From the IMG/VR virus record IMGVR_UViG_2541047680_000009, positions 1-37,464 of that record: a stretch of 37,464 nt of DNA. One strand, given 5' to 3'. Each line of letters opens with the position of its first letter. Positions within the stretch are counted from its first letter, which is position 1. The stretch comes from a virus (taxonomy: Duplodnaviria; Heunggongvirae; Uroviricota; Caudoviricetes). Below, piece after piece: positions 1 to 9,453 of the stretch. The notes under the pieces are model-generated. The model worked only from the letters and a program-made list of their open reading frames with translations. It had not been told where the DNA came from and made no database searches. A program made the translations under genes and the position numbers.

Positions 1-69
1 CTGCAGCGGCGTTGCCGGTGATTTACTGAAAATACCCTGCGGTTTACGGTTAATGGTCAGAGTTACCAT
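1..69 (-). CDS. 5' end of an unidentified protein-coding gene that runs off the window start
   Basis: Minus-strand ATG at 69-67 with GAGG about 12 nt upstream; reading frame stays open to position 1 (MVTLTINRKPQGIFSKSPATPLQ...). Too short for a family call. Confidence 0.3.
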   Translation of the reverse strand, partial: MVTLTINRKPQGIFSKSPATPLQ

Positions 70-664
70 CAATTTTGTTACCTCGCGCTGTCAATGGAAG
101 TAGTACCTCATCCGATATCTGAAAATGTTTTCCGGTGGATGTTACAGCGAATTTCATGTAAGACATGTTGTTGTCGGTATTGTTCAGTACTGTGCGTTGT
201 GAGCGTATTCGTTATCAGACAGAGGGGCAGGGAACAAACGTCAGAGGTTAAGGATATCCGGGAACAAATGGCGTAAACGGACATCTCAGTGCCTGAGAAA
301 CAGTACAGGTCAGGCCATCATGGCCTGCAAACAGAGCCCTGGCGACCCCGTGGCCGAAAACGAAACAATAACCCGCGCGCAGTGCGAGGAATCCGGATGT
401 GAAGCAATCAGCAGGTAATATTAATGGCAGGACCAGCAGGTTCTTTAAACAAACGAACATGCTGTAATTGATATTTTGCTTATTGTATTTTCTTTTTAGT
501 TATTAAATTAATTTATTTACGAAAAATTTTCTGCAGATACAGGATGGGAATTCAGGGTGTCATCACGCCTTATGATGACACCCTTCCCCTGGTTGTGGAA
601 AACCGAAGGATATATCAGGTTCAGCAACAAAATCAGTGAGCTGAAAGATACCAGTCCCCCAGCT

Positions 665-1684
665 TCAGCAGCTTTCACGTAAACATAAACAGGGCTCAAT
701 GAATATCTGATTGCTCCAGTTACCTTCTTTAATTCGTTCCAGCAAAACATTTCCTGCTTCCAGACCAATTTTCCTGTGAGGAACGGCCATTGTTGTTAAT
801 GATGGTTGGCAAACTTTGCTGACGTCACTGTCACCAAATCCTACTACGGCGAGCTCGTCTGGAACTTTGATCCGTCTTCGTTGACATTCATAGAGAACAC
901 CGCAGGCTAACTCATCTGACACACATACCAGGGCATCCAGTTCCGGCCATGCGAGCAAAAATTCCGGTAGTTGTGATGCTCCGGTGGAAAAAACAGGTGG
1001 CAGAGCAGCGTTAATAACACGGTTGGGAGACATATGATGGCGTAACATAGCTTTATACCATCCCTGTAAATGCTGCTGAAAGATCCACTGTTCCTGGTTA
1101 GCGCATAGCAAACCGATATTCTGATAACCACGTTGTACCAGCATATCCGTCAGCTCGAACATTGCTGCAACATTATCAATACCAATGTTGATATCTATCG
1201 GATCAGTACGAATGGCACCGATTTCTATAACAGGAATCGAGGCATTTTTGAGCAAGTGACGCACGGTACTATTATGCTCAACACTAAGCAAAATTGCTGC
1301 AGCGATATTAGAAGCCAGCAGGGTTTCCAGCAGTTTTTCTTCTTGTTCCAGACGATGGCGTGACTCAGCCAGGATTATTTGATACCCCGCTGGTTGTAGC
1401 ACATGTTGCAGCCCGGCAAACATTTCCGTGCATCCCGCTTCAGCCAGGTTTGGCACGACCATTGCGATCGTGTGTGAAGATGCCGATGCCAGTGCGCTTG
1501 CAGTGAGGTTGGGCATATACCCTAATTCATTAACTGCGGCTTCAATCTTCTCCCTCAATTTATCTGAAACTTGTTCGGGAGTGCGTAACGCTCTGGATAC
1601 AGTCATTGTGCCAACTCCCGCGAGTTGCGCGACATCAGCAATAGTGACTTTACCTGTACTACGACGTTTTCGGGTTATTGCCAT
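665..1684 (-). CDS. LacI-family transcriptional repressor (GntR/IdnR-like sugar-acid regulator type)
   Basis: 339-aa ORF; N-terminal HTH VTIADVAQLAGVGTMTVSRALR typical of LacI/GalR family, followed by a periplasmic-binding-protein-like sugar-binding core; AGGA RBS 6-7 nt upstream of the ATG at 1684; divergent from the PTS operon. Confidence 0.9.
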   Translation of the reverse strand: MAITRKRRSTGKVTIADVAQLAGVGTMTVSRALRTPEQVSDKLREKIEAAVNELGYMPNLTASALASASSHTIAMVVPNLAEAGCTEMFAGLQHVLQPAGYQIILAESRHRLEQEEKLLETLLASNIAAAILLSVEHNSTVRHLLKNASIPVIEIGAIRTDPIDINIGIDNVAAMFELTDMLVQRGYQNIGLLCANQEQWIFQQHLQGWYKAMLRHHMSPNRVINAALPPVFSTGASQLPEFLLAWPELDALVCVSDELACGVLYECQRRRIKVPDELAVVGFGDSDVSKVCQPSLTTMAVPHRKIGLEAGNVLLERIKEGNWSNQIFIEPCLCLRESC

Positions 1685-1816
1685 ACAAAATCCTGCTCAG
1701 CGACTACATATGGAGATCTTTTATTACTTATCATCAACGGCTTCCTGCACTGCCAGTAGCAGAGTATACCTCTTAATATCTGCCATAAGTCTGGATTTAA
1801 TCAGTGAAATCTATTT

Positions 1817-1864
1817 TGATAGCGCTATCACAAATTCGAACAATACCTCCTGATAGCGCTATCT
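1817..1864. promoter_or_regulatory. Two LacI-type operator palindromes in the divergent control region (TGATAGCGCTATCA at 1817-1830; TGATAGCGCTATCt at 1851-1864)
   Basis: Perfect 14-bp palindrome with central CG, repeated 34 bp downstream with one mismatch, located between the regulator start (1684) and the PTS EIIA start (1936). Confidence 0.55.
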
Positions 1865-1935
1865 TTGTGATATTGATCGCAGATATACCGTCGTTACTTG
1901 AATACATTCTGGTCATATAAATAAGAAATTAGGGG

Positions 1936-2385
1936 GTGGGAGTGCTTAATATCTGGCTTTCTGATTCAACAATCGCATTACGAAAGAATGCCGCAACCTG
2001 GCAGCAGGCATTAGATATCTGTGCCAGACCGTTACTGGATGCAGAGATAATTACGACGGATTATCTCAGTGCGATAAAGACACAACATGAAAAACTGGGG
2101 CCTTATTATGTCCTGGCACCCGGGCTGGCCATGCCGCATGCCCGACCAGAAGAAGGGGCAAAAGGATTAGGTTTATCATTATTAAAACTTGAAGAAGGTG
2201 TCAGTTTTCATACAGAGGAATTTGATCCTGTAGATGTTATCATTTTACTTGCCGCACCAGACAAACACAGTCATATCGAAATGATATCTGCACTGGCTGA
2301 GTTATTCTCCAGCGAAAAAGATTTACATGAATTGCATCAGGCTCGCAATGTGGAGGAAATAAAAAAGATAATTTCACGGTTCTGA
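1936..2385 (+). CDS. PTS EIIA component, L-ascorbate (UlaC/SgaA) family
   Basis: 149-aa ORF with the motif [20 protein letters not shown], matching the conserved UlaC-type EIIA active-site region ([20 protein letters not shown]). Start ambiguous: GTG at 1936 or 1942, RBS AGGGGGTGGG. Confidence 0.85.
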   Translation: [149 protein letters not shown]

Positions 2386-2463
2386 TTACATTATAAATTC
2401 AGTCTTTTCACAACATTGCGCCGTTGCGTGATGGGACTTCTTCAACTTAAAATGGTGAATATA

Positions 2464-2736
2464 ATGAAAATTATGGCTATTTGTGGCTCAGGGCTTGGTA
2501 GTAGTTTTATGGTCGAAATGAATATTAAAAAAGTTCTGAAAAAAATGGATATAGAGGCGGAAGTGGAACATTCCGATCTCTCATCAGCAACGCCAGGGGC
2601 TGCCGATTTATTTGTGATGGCCAAAGATATTGCTGCCAGTGCCAGCGTACCGGAAAGTCAGTTGGTGGTTATCAACAACATCATTGATATTAATGAACTC
2701 GAAACGCAACTGCGTAACTGGTTAGCAAAACAATAA
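2464..2736 (+). CDS. PTS EIIB component, L-ascorbate (UlaB/SgaB) family
   Basis: N-terminus MKIMAICGSGLGSS matches the phospho-cysteine motif of UlaB-type EIIB (AVCGNGQGSS); ORF open from 2416, alternative ATGs at 2452 and 2473. Confidence 0.8.
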   Translation: MKIMAICGSGLGSSFMVEMNIKKVLKKMDIEAEVEHSDLSSATPGAADLFVMAKDIAASASVPESQLVVINNIIDINELETQLRNWLAKQ

Positions 2737-2752
2737 CCTTAATTGAAGCGAG

Positions 2753-4147
2753 GTGGATATGTTTATCCTTGAAACGCTGAATTTTGTTGTTGATATACTT
2801 AAAGTGCCCGCGATACTGGTCGGCTTGATTGCCTTAATTGGTCTGGTTGCCCAGAAAAAATCTTTTTCAGATGTTGTTAAAGGTACAATTAAAACTATTC
2901 TCGGCTTTATTGTACTGGGCGGTGGTGCCACTGTTTTGGTTGGTTCGTTAAATCCTCTTGGGAGTATGTTTGAACATGCCTTTAATATTCAGGGCATCAT
3001 TCCGAATAATGAGGCTATTGTTTCTATTGCGCTGGAAAAATATGGCGCATCGACGGCCCTTATTATGGCATTTGGTATGGTGGCGAATATTATTGTTGCC
3101 CGCTTTACCCGCCTTAAATATATCTTCCTGACCGGACACCACACATTTTACATGGCCTGCATGATTGGTGTGATTCTGACAGTGGCTGGTTTTGAAGGTA
3201 TATCACTGGTCTTTACCGGTTCTCTTATTCTGGGACTTGTGATGGCATTTTTCCCGGCATTAGCACAACGCTATATGAAGCGTATTACGGGGAATGATGA
3301 CATTGCTTTTGGTCACTTTGGCACTCTGGGATATGTACTTTCTGGCTGGATTGGCAGCGTGTGCGGTAAAGGTTCCCGCTCCACCGAAGAGATGAATTTG
3401 CCCAAAAATCTGAGCTTCCTGCGCGACAGTTCCATCTCTATTTCTCTTACGATGATGGTGATTTATCTGATCATGGCGATCAGTGCTGGTCGTGAGTTCG
3501 TTGAAAGCCAGTTCAGTGGTGGTCAAAACTACCTTGTCTACGCCATCATAATGGCCATCACCTTCGCTGCTGGTGTATTTATTATTCTGCAAGGCGTGCG
3601 TTTAATCCTTGCTGAAATAGTTCCGGCATTTACCGGGTTTTCAGAAAAGCTGGTGCCGAATGCCCGTCCGGCCCTCGATTGCCCGGTTGTGTATCCGTAT
3701 GCGCCAAACGCAGTGTTAGTTGGTTTCTTGTTTAGCTTTTTTGGCGGTCTGGTAGGGCTATTTTTGTTGGGACAGATGAAACTGGTGTTGATTCTTCCGG
3801 GTGTCGTTCCTCACTTTTTTACCGGGGCGGCTGCTGGCGTATTTGGTAACGCTACGGGGGGACGTCGTGGCGCAATGATTGGTGCTTTTGCGAATGGCTT
3901 ATTGATTACCTTCCTGCCAGTACTGTTATTGCCGGTTCTTGGGGCGATAGGCTTTGCTAATACGACCTTTTCCGATGCAGATTTTGGTGCTGTCGGCATC
4001 GTCCTCGGAAACCTGGCACGTTATCTCTCACCTTTTGCCATCACCGGACTTGTAGTAGCGCTATTTGTGCTGCTGGTTGCCTGGAACATTTTCGCCAGTA
4101 ACAAAATCGCTGCCAAAGCGCAGAAGAAGAGTGGAGCCAAATCATGA
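2753..4147 (+). CDS. PTS EIIC permease, L-ascorbate (UlaA/SgaT) family
   Basis: 464-aa polytopic membrane protein; conserved blocks GTIKTILGF, LTGHH, IILQGVRL, LDCPVVYPYAPNAV align with UlaA; stop overlaps the next start (ATGA). Confidence 0.9.
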   Translation: MDMFILETLNFVVDILKVPAILVGLIALIGLVAQKKSFSDVVKGTIKTILGFIVLGGGATVLVGSLNPLGSMFEHAFNIQGIIPNNEAIVSIALEKYGASTALIMAFGMVANIIVARFTRLKYIFLTGHHTFYMACMIGVILTVAGFEGISLVFTGSLILGLVMAFFPALAQRYMKRITGNDDIAFGHFGTLGYVLSGWIGSVCGKGSRSTEEMNLPKNLSFLRDSSISISLTMMVIYLIMAISAGREFVESQFSGGQNYLVYAIIMAITFAAGVFIILQGVRLILAEIVPAFTGFSEKLVPNARPALDCPVVYPYAPNAVLVGFLFSFFGGLVGLFLLGQMKLVLILPGVVPHFFTGAAAGVFGNATGGRRGAMIGAFANGLLITFLPVLLLPVLGAIGFANTTFSDADFGAVGIVLGNLARYLSPFAITGLVVALFVLLVAWNIFASNKIAAKAQKKSGAKS

Positions 4148-4974
4148 ATGTTAAAGAATTGACTCAATTTGCACGGGATATACGTATCCAGACGCTTAAA
4201 TCATTAACTCATCTCGGCTTCGGTCATTATGGTGGCAGCATGTCGGTTGTGGAAACGCTGGCAGTGCTTTATGGCGCTGTAATGAAAATTGATCCTGCTG
4301 CTCCCGACTGGCCTGAGCGTGACTATTTTATCCTGTCCAAAGGACATGCCGGACCTGCTCTCTACAGTACTCTGGCGCTGAAAGGCTACTTTCCACTGGA
4401 AGAATTAAGCACCTTAAATCAGAACGGAACCCGCTTACCAAGTCATCCGGATCGGCTAAAAACGTGTGGTGTTGATAGCACCACAGGATCGCTGGGGCAG
4501 GGGATATCCATTGCCGGAGGGATGGCGCTGTCGCATAAACTGGCGGGGCGCAAGAATCGGGTTTTTTGTATTGTCGGCGATGGCGAACTTAATGAAGGCC
4601 AATGTTGGGAAGCTTTCCAGTTTATCGCGCATCATCGTTTGAATAACCTCACTGTGTTTGTGGACTGGAACAAACAGCAGCTTGATGGTCAACTGGATGA
4701 AATTATTAATCCATTTGATTTGGAAGGAAAATTCCGGGCTTTCGGTTTTGATGTCGTGACAGTGAAGGGCGATGATATTGAGGGCTTGTTGAATGTAGTT
4801 AAACCTGTCCTGCCAGCTGAGGCCAGACCGAGAGTGGTCATTCTCGATAGCATTAAAGGGCAGGGGGTGCCGTGTCTCGAGCAACTCAGTAATTCTCATC
4901 ACTTACGCCTCACAGAAGAGATGAAGGGGACGCTAAACGAAACAATTCGCCAACTGGAGGCTATGCATGATTAA
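4144..4974 (+). CDS. Transketolase, N-terminal (TPP-binding) subunit
   Basis: 276 aa; motifs SKGHAGPALY and GSLGQGIS...GDGELNEGQCWEA typical of the thiamine-diphosphate binding half of split transketolases; translationally coupled to flanking genes. Confidence 0.9.
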   Translation: MNVKELTQFARDIRIQTLKSLTHLGFGHYGGSMSVVETLAVLYGAVMKIDPAAPDWPERDYFILSKGHAGPALYSTLALKGYFPLEELSTLNQNGTRLPSHPDRLKTCGVDSTTGSLGQGISIAGGMALSHKLAGRKNRVFCIVGDGELNEGQCWEAFQFIAHHRLNNLTVFVDWNKQQLDGQLDEIINPFDLEGKFRAFGFDVVTVKGDDIEGLLNVVKPVLPAEARPRVVILDSIKGQGVPCLEQLSNSHHLRLTEEMKGTLNETIRQLEAMHD

Positions 4975-5920
4975 TCTCGCACCGGCAGGACAAAAAGACA
5001 GCATTGAAATGCGCAAAGTTTATGCAGATTTTATCGCGCAACAGAGTAAAAACGTCAGTTCTGTCATTGCTCTTGAGGCTGATTTAATGAGTTCCATGGC
5101 AATGGACAGCGTGGCGCAGGATTATCCAGATCACGTCATTAATTGCGGCATTATGGAAGCCAATGTTATCGGCACAGCTGCAGGGCTGGCCTTAACCGGG
5201 CGCAAGCCATTCGTGCATACCTTTACCGCATTTGCCAGTCGTCGCTGTTTTGATCAACTCTTTATGTCGCTTGATTACCAGGGCGCTAACGTCAAAGTTA
5301 TAGCTTCTGATGCGGGTGTTGCTGCTTGCCACAATGGCGGAACACATATGTCATTTGAAGATATGGGAATTGTGCGCGGGCTGGCGCATTCGGTGGTGAT
5401 GGAGATGACAGATGCCGTAATGTTCAGCGATATCTTGCGTCAACTCGTTGCACTGGAAGGATTTTATTGGATTCGTACCATTCGGAAGCAAGCAGCGAGT
5501 ATTTACGCACCAGGTACAACCTTTACAATTGGCAAAGGGCAGGTATTACGTGAAGGTACGGATGTCACCTTAATTGCTAATGGCATTATGGTGGTGGAAG
5601 CCCTGGAGGCCGCACGTCAACTTGAGCTGGCTGGGGTAAGTGTAGCGGTGATTGATATGTTTACGCTCAAACCCGTTGATCGGATGTTAATTAAAAATTA
5701 TGCCGAAAAAACAGGACGGATCGTAACATGTGAAAACCATAGTATTCATAATGGATTAGGTTCAGCGGTTGCTGAAGTGCTTGTAGAAACTTGTCCTGTG
5801 CCCATGCGTCGGGTGGGGGTTAAAGAGCGGTATGGCCAGGTTGGAACTCAGGACTTTTTACAGAGAGAGTACGGGTTAACCGCGCAAGATATTGTGGCGG
5901 CAGCCAGAGAGCTATTGTAA
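4967..5920 (+). CDS. Transketolase, C-terminal (pyrimidine-binding) subunit
   Basis: 317 aa; transketolase pyrimidine-binding and C-terminal domain organisation; start overlaps the N-terminal subunit gene by 8 nt. Confidence 0.9.
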   Translation: MINLAPAGQKDSIEMRKVYADFIAQQSKNVSSVIALEADLMSSMAMDSVAQDYPDHVINCGIMEANVIGTAAGLALTGRKPFVHTFTAFASRRCFDQLFMSLDYQGANVKVIASDAGVAACHNGGTHMSFEDMGIVRGLAHSVVMEMTDAVMFSDILRQLVALEGFYWIRTIRKQAASIYAPGTTFTIGKGQVLREGTDVTLIANGIMVVEALEAARQLELAGVSVAVIDMFTLKPVDRMLIKNYAEKTGRIVTCENHSIHNGLGSAVAEVLVETCPVPMRRVGVKERYGQVGTQDFLQREYGLTAQDIVAAARELL

Positions 5921-6108
5921 TTCATGGAGTTTGTTTACCATTCTGTTTTTCTTAAAAGTGAGTGTCTGTGCGGTCACTAAACTCGGTAATAAAGCAGTTC
6001 ATTGCAGGATAAGAAGCGTTTGGTTGTGTCGTTTTACCGTAAGAACCGACCGCCGTATGTATCCATTAAGCCAGTATTGGTAACGTAGGTGCCCACCTTT
6101 TCAAACTG

Positions 6109-6291
6109 GTGGGCGCCTGTTATGGAGCAAAAACATTATCCGCAGAACCCCGCAGATCATTTTCAAATGAGTTAAACTTCAAATGGTTAAACTGGCTTTG
6201 CAACCAGGAGCCTCTGTTGCCCGTATTGCCCGGGAACACGATATCAATGATAACCTCCTGTTCAAATGGCTCAGACTCTGGCAGAACGTAA
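6109..6291 (+). pseudogene. Relic of an IS3-family transposase OrfA (HTH region), frameshifted and truncated
   Basis: Two overlapping frames give ...RRSFSNE... and ...KLQMVKLALQPGASVARIAREHDINDNLLFKWLRLWQ, resembling the N-terminal HTH of IS2/IS3-type OrfA (such as ...[25 protein letters not shown]); no intact transposase follows. Confidence 0.45.
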
Positions 6292-6375
6292 GGTAAAGGG
6301 AGATGAAAAAGGCAATAGCAGAACTGAGTGACAGTGAAACCATTCTGGCGTACAGGGTTGGATGGTGAAACTGAT

Positions 6376-6407
6376 AAAAAACCCCCTCTGAAATTCTGTC
6401 AGAGGGG
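6376..6407 (-). terminator. Rho-independent terminator (minus strand) with no recognisable upstream gene
   Basis: 9-bp perfect stem CCCCTCTGA/TCAGAGGGG (6383-6407), 7-nt loop, followed on the minus strand by TTTTTT (6381-6376). Confidence 0.45.
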
Positions 6408-6624
6408 CTAGTCAATAAGGGAATAATATTCAACATGAAGATGTCTTCTGGGAATGTTTATATAGCAAATGCTTTCACTCCGGTAATTAATTTCCGTGAT
6501 TAACTGCTTTCGATCAATAAAGGAATTGCAAAAGTGTGATCTTGTTCACGACATCGTGGATAATAATATGCCTGATGTCTGAATCCGGAAACAGTGCTCT
6601 GGCGGGTTTCATGTGAAGTTGACG

Positions 6625-6658
6625 GATAAAAAATCCGCACGACCAGACAGACGTGCGG
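6625..6658 (-). terminator. Rho-independent terminator (minus strand), orphan
   Basis: Stem CCGCACG/CGTGCGG (6635-6641 / 6652-6658), 10-nt loop, followed on the minus strand by ATTTTTTAT. Confidence 0.4.
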
Positions 6659-7146
6659 TTTACGAAATTCGTAACAAGAGGCTTTTCTACGGATCACGTG
6701 GTGCGTGCCACGTGAAATTTTTGTAGCGCAAAATGTGTGATGTGTAAATACAAGGAAGGAAAAAAGTTAAATCGGTGGAAGTCCATACCTGCCACATGTA
6801 CGTCTGCATTCCTCGTTTTGAACAGAATTCTCACCAGACATCGTGAATTTCTCATTCAATCATCAGAGATATTACCCAGGATTTTTATTGTTTTGTGATA
6901 TCAGCAGTGCAGGTATACAGACGTTAAAGTAATCAGGTTTATTATAACCACCTTTACAAAGTTGTATATGTTTATAATTTAATGATTTTAATGCCAGTCG
7001 TTTTCTGCTGCTTAAATTGAGGTCGCATATTATACACAATAATATTCCTGGCATTATTAAATTAATAAGAGAGGATTCTTATCACTGTATTTTTGCTCCG
7101 CACTACCGTTCTGGCTGGTGAAGTAATAATACAGGAGAATAACAGA

Positions 7147-8241
7147 ATGCTTAAAAGACGTGATGCTTTTTTAAAGAAAAGCGCGCTGGCAGTGAGTGTG
7201 GCCCTGCTGCTCTCATCTCAGGCTTTGGCTCATAAAACAATTACTGATTCAACGGCGGGTATTATCTGGATTGATAATGGCACTCAGTCACTTGAAAGTG
7301 CAAGTGTGATTGACAGAAATGGAAATGCTAACGGTGATGGTAGTGTTACTGGAAAAAACTTTGCTGTTGGTTCCGATGCAATAATTTGGGATGCGGATAA
7401 ATCCATGGCAACAGGAAATAAGACAGCTGTTTTTAATGCAGACAACAGTGTCGCTCTGGGGTATGGCTCTCAGGTGAATGGAGAAAGCAATGTACTTTCT
7501 GTAGGGGCCGGTCCTTCAGGATATGGATTTTCAGTTGATGGTGCACCGGAAACCCGCCGGATTATAAATGTTTCAGATGGTGTTAAGGATAGTGATGCGG
7601 CCACAAAAGGACAGATGGACAACGCCATTGCAGGTGCTGTACGGGTGTCGGGGGATGCCCTGCGCGGTGAGATAGGAGCTGTCTACCGTGATGCTGTTTC
7701 TCATACTGACAGTCAGGTCACAGCAGTACGTGATGAACTGAAGGCAGAGGGAGACAGTCTGCGCGGTGAGATAGGCGGTGTATACAGAGATGCCCGTGCT
7801 CATACTGACAGTCAGGTTACAGCAGTACGTGATGAACTCAGCAGGGATATTATTGCAGTCACATCGGCAGCGGTGGCGCAGACGGATGCAGCAATAGCCT
7901 CAAATACAGCAGCGATAAGGAATAACAGTCATCGTCTGGATTTGACGGAAGCCTGGCAGAAGATGGCGACAGAGAGAATGAATAATATGCAGGAGCAGAT
8001 TAAAGAGAACCGGAAGGAGTTAAGGGAGAGTGCAGCCCAGAGCGCGGCACTGGCCGGTCTTTTCCAGCCATACAGTGTTGGAAAATTTAACGCGACAGCA
8101 GCCGTTGGTGGTTACCGTGATGAGCAGGCCATTGCGGTGGGCGTGGGCTACCGTTTCAGAGAGAATGTGGCAGGAAAAGTTGCAGTTGCTGCAGGTGGGT
8201 CATCCGCATCGTGGAATGCTGGTGTGAATTTTGAGTTCTGA
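7147..8241 (+). CDS. Trimeric autotransporter adhesin, YadA/Eib-like (signal peptide, coiled-coil stalk, C-terminal beta-barrel anchor)
   Basis: AGGAG RBS 8 nt upstream of the ATG at 7147; signal peptide [28 protein letters not shown]; central heptad-rich repeats; C-terminal anchor ending ...AVGVGYRF...GVNFEF as in YadA-family translocator domains. AT-rich upstream region. Confidence 0.8.
   Translation: MLKRRDAFLKKSALAVSVALLLSSQALAHKTITDSTAGIIWIDNGTQSLESASVIDRNGNANGDGSVTGKNFAVGSDAIIWDADKSMATGNKTAVFNADNSVALGYGSQVNGESNVLSVGAGPSGYGFSVDGAPETRRIINVSDGVKDSDAATKGQMDNAIAGAVRVSGDALRGEIGAVYRDAVSHTDSQVTAVRDELKAEGDSLRGEIGGVYRDARAHTDSQVTAVRDELSRDIIAVTSAAVAQTDAAIASNTAAIRNNSHRLDLTEAWQKMATERMNNMQEQIKENRKELRESAAQSAALAGLFQPYSVGKFNATAAVGGYRDEQAIAVGVGYRFRENVAGKVAVAAGGSSASWNAGVNFEF
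7651..7848 (+). repeat. In-frame tandem duplication, 2 x 99 bp (33-aa coiled-coil unit) inside the adhesin gene
   Basis: Copy 1 at 7651-7749 and copy 2 at 7750-7848 are roughly 80% identical; they encode [33 protein letters not shown] and [33 protein letters not shown]. Confidence 0.85.
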
Positions 8242-8264
8242 CAGGTCAGGATTTAGATATCTGT

Positions 8265-8283
8265 CCCGGGGGGAGTCCCCCGG
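8265..8283 (+). terminator. GC-rich perfect palindrome just after the adhesin stop (possible terminator or protein-binding site)
   Basis: CCCGGGGGAgTCCCCCGGG, 24 nt downstream of the adhesin stop codon; no strong T-tract, so terminator function is uncertain. Confidence 0.35.
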
Positions 8284-8302
8284 GATATAATGAGGTACAG
8301 AG

Positions 8303-8758
8303 ATGCTGGATATAATCCTGGCGACGAGAGATATTTATTTTGAAAAAGCCCTGCGAGAGGTATTTGGAACCGTAAGCAGTCGAATCAGATATATAGAAGA
8401 TGCCATATCAGACAGAAGAAGGGTGCAGTCAGGCAGGTCATTCAGATATTATTTTGTATTCTGTGATGATGAGTATACAGATATTGTTCGTATTCTTTTT
8501 ACCGGAGAGGCCTGCTGTATTCTGAATAAGTCGATGCTGAATCTGAGAGCGGCCGGAGGTGTGTTGACGCTGGAAGAGCGCAGAGCGGTACTGAACCGGT
8601 ATTACAGAGGTTTAAGTATTGCGGAGATTACAGAAGAGACGGGGCAGAATGACAAGACGGTATACGGTCATCTTCGTCGTGCACTGCAGCGGTCTGGATT
8701 CCGGAAGGGGCGTTTTATAAAGGGGAGAGAAGTGACGGGGGATTCAGGTGTTGAATAA
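8303..8758 (+). CDS. Small LuxR/GerE-type HTH transcriptional regulator
   Basis: 151 aa; C-terminal LTLEERRAVLNRYYRGLSIAEITEETGQNDKTVYGHLRRALQR fits the LuxR-type HTH pattern (LT.RE..VL......G.S..EIA.....S..TV..H); GAGG RBS 8 nt upstream. Confidence 0.6.
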   Translation: MLDIILATRDIYFEKALREVFGTVSSRIRYIEDAISDRRRVQSGRSFRYYFVFCDDEYTDIVRILFTGEACCILNKSMLNLRAAGGVLTLEERRAVLNRYYRGLSIAEITEETGQNDKTVYGHLRRALQRSGFRKGRFIKGREVTGDSGVE

Positions 8759-9114
8759 TGTATCTTATATTGTGATATCGGTGCTGCTGCTGTTATTTTT
8801 TGTTGTATTTGTGACGAATGGTTAAGAATAAAACATGAGTTGGTGATTATCAGGACAGGTTGCTTGTATATGAAGATAACAAAGGCGGCATTTATTTTTG
8901 CGCTGTCAGTGTGGAGTGTTGCTGTGATATGTCTTTTATTATTTGTACTGATTGTTCTGGGATAGCCATAGTGAAATAAAAAGCTGTCTGAATTAAATTA
9001 TTTTGCACACATGTTTTAATTCTGCACTGAATTCAGAATGGGTAATCAGTGACCGTCCTGACGGTCACTTTAAAGAAAAGGCATTTACACAGAATTACTG
9101 ACAGGCTCTGGCTG

Positions 9115-9453
9115 TCATTCGGCCGATGAACAGTTGCTTAAGACAGGATTATCATTCCCTTCCACCAGATTGGCTTTTTTACCTTTTGTGTACAGTTTAT
9201 ATGAGTATCTTTTATTGATGGCTTCGTAATTGGCTCCGGAGGCCATTTTCATTAGCTGCATAGGTATCATCTCATCCATCTGATTAATCACTGCATATGA
9301 GTTCCCAGCAGTGGTGTTGATATAGACCACCTCCATTGTCTTATTTCCATTACAGACATAAGCTGTTTTTGAGATTTCTTTTGTGGCAGCGGAGGATACC
9401 ATACTGTTGCTAACAAGAATGAGTGCAAGGACGGGAGAAGAGTATTTTTTCAT
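9115..9453 (-). CDS. MliC/PliC-family inhibitor of C-type lysozyme (secreted)
   Basis: 112 aa with N-terminal signal peptide; conserved MliC-like pattern Y.C...........V.Y.......A....................SGA.Y.......Y.....KG..A............C (YVCNGNK...VVYINT...MASGANYEA...YTKGKKANL...SNC); AAGGAG RBS 7 nt upstream. Confidence 0.6.
   Translation of the reverse strand: MKKYSSPVLALILVSNSMVSSAATKEISKTAYVCNGNKTMEVVYINTTAGNSYAVINQMDEMIPMQLMKMASGANYEAINKRYSYKLYTKGKKANLVEGNDNPVLSNCSSAE

Noticed and set aside
907-1853. ORFs on either strand inside the LacI-family regulator gene (907-1131 minus, 1133-1363 plus, 1428-1853 plus)
   Set aside because: All overlap the confidently assigned 339-aa regulator; they lack RBSs and have low-complexity translations. 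Treated as frame artefacts.
2442-4902. Minus-strand ORFs within the PTS/transketolase operon (2442-2624, 2722-2931, 2948-3142, 3260-3592, 3811-3999, 4456-4902)
   Set aside because: Antisense to genes with clear family signatures; no independent support.
6500-7054. Short minus-strand ORFs 6500-6697 and 6872-7054 in the AT-rich region
   Set aside because: The first contains a terminator hairpin within its own frame; both lack RBSs and have composition typical of AT-rich noncoding DNA.
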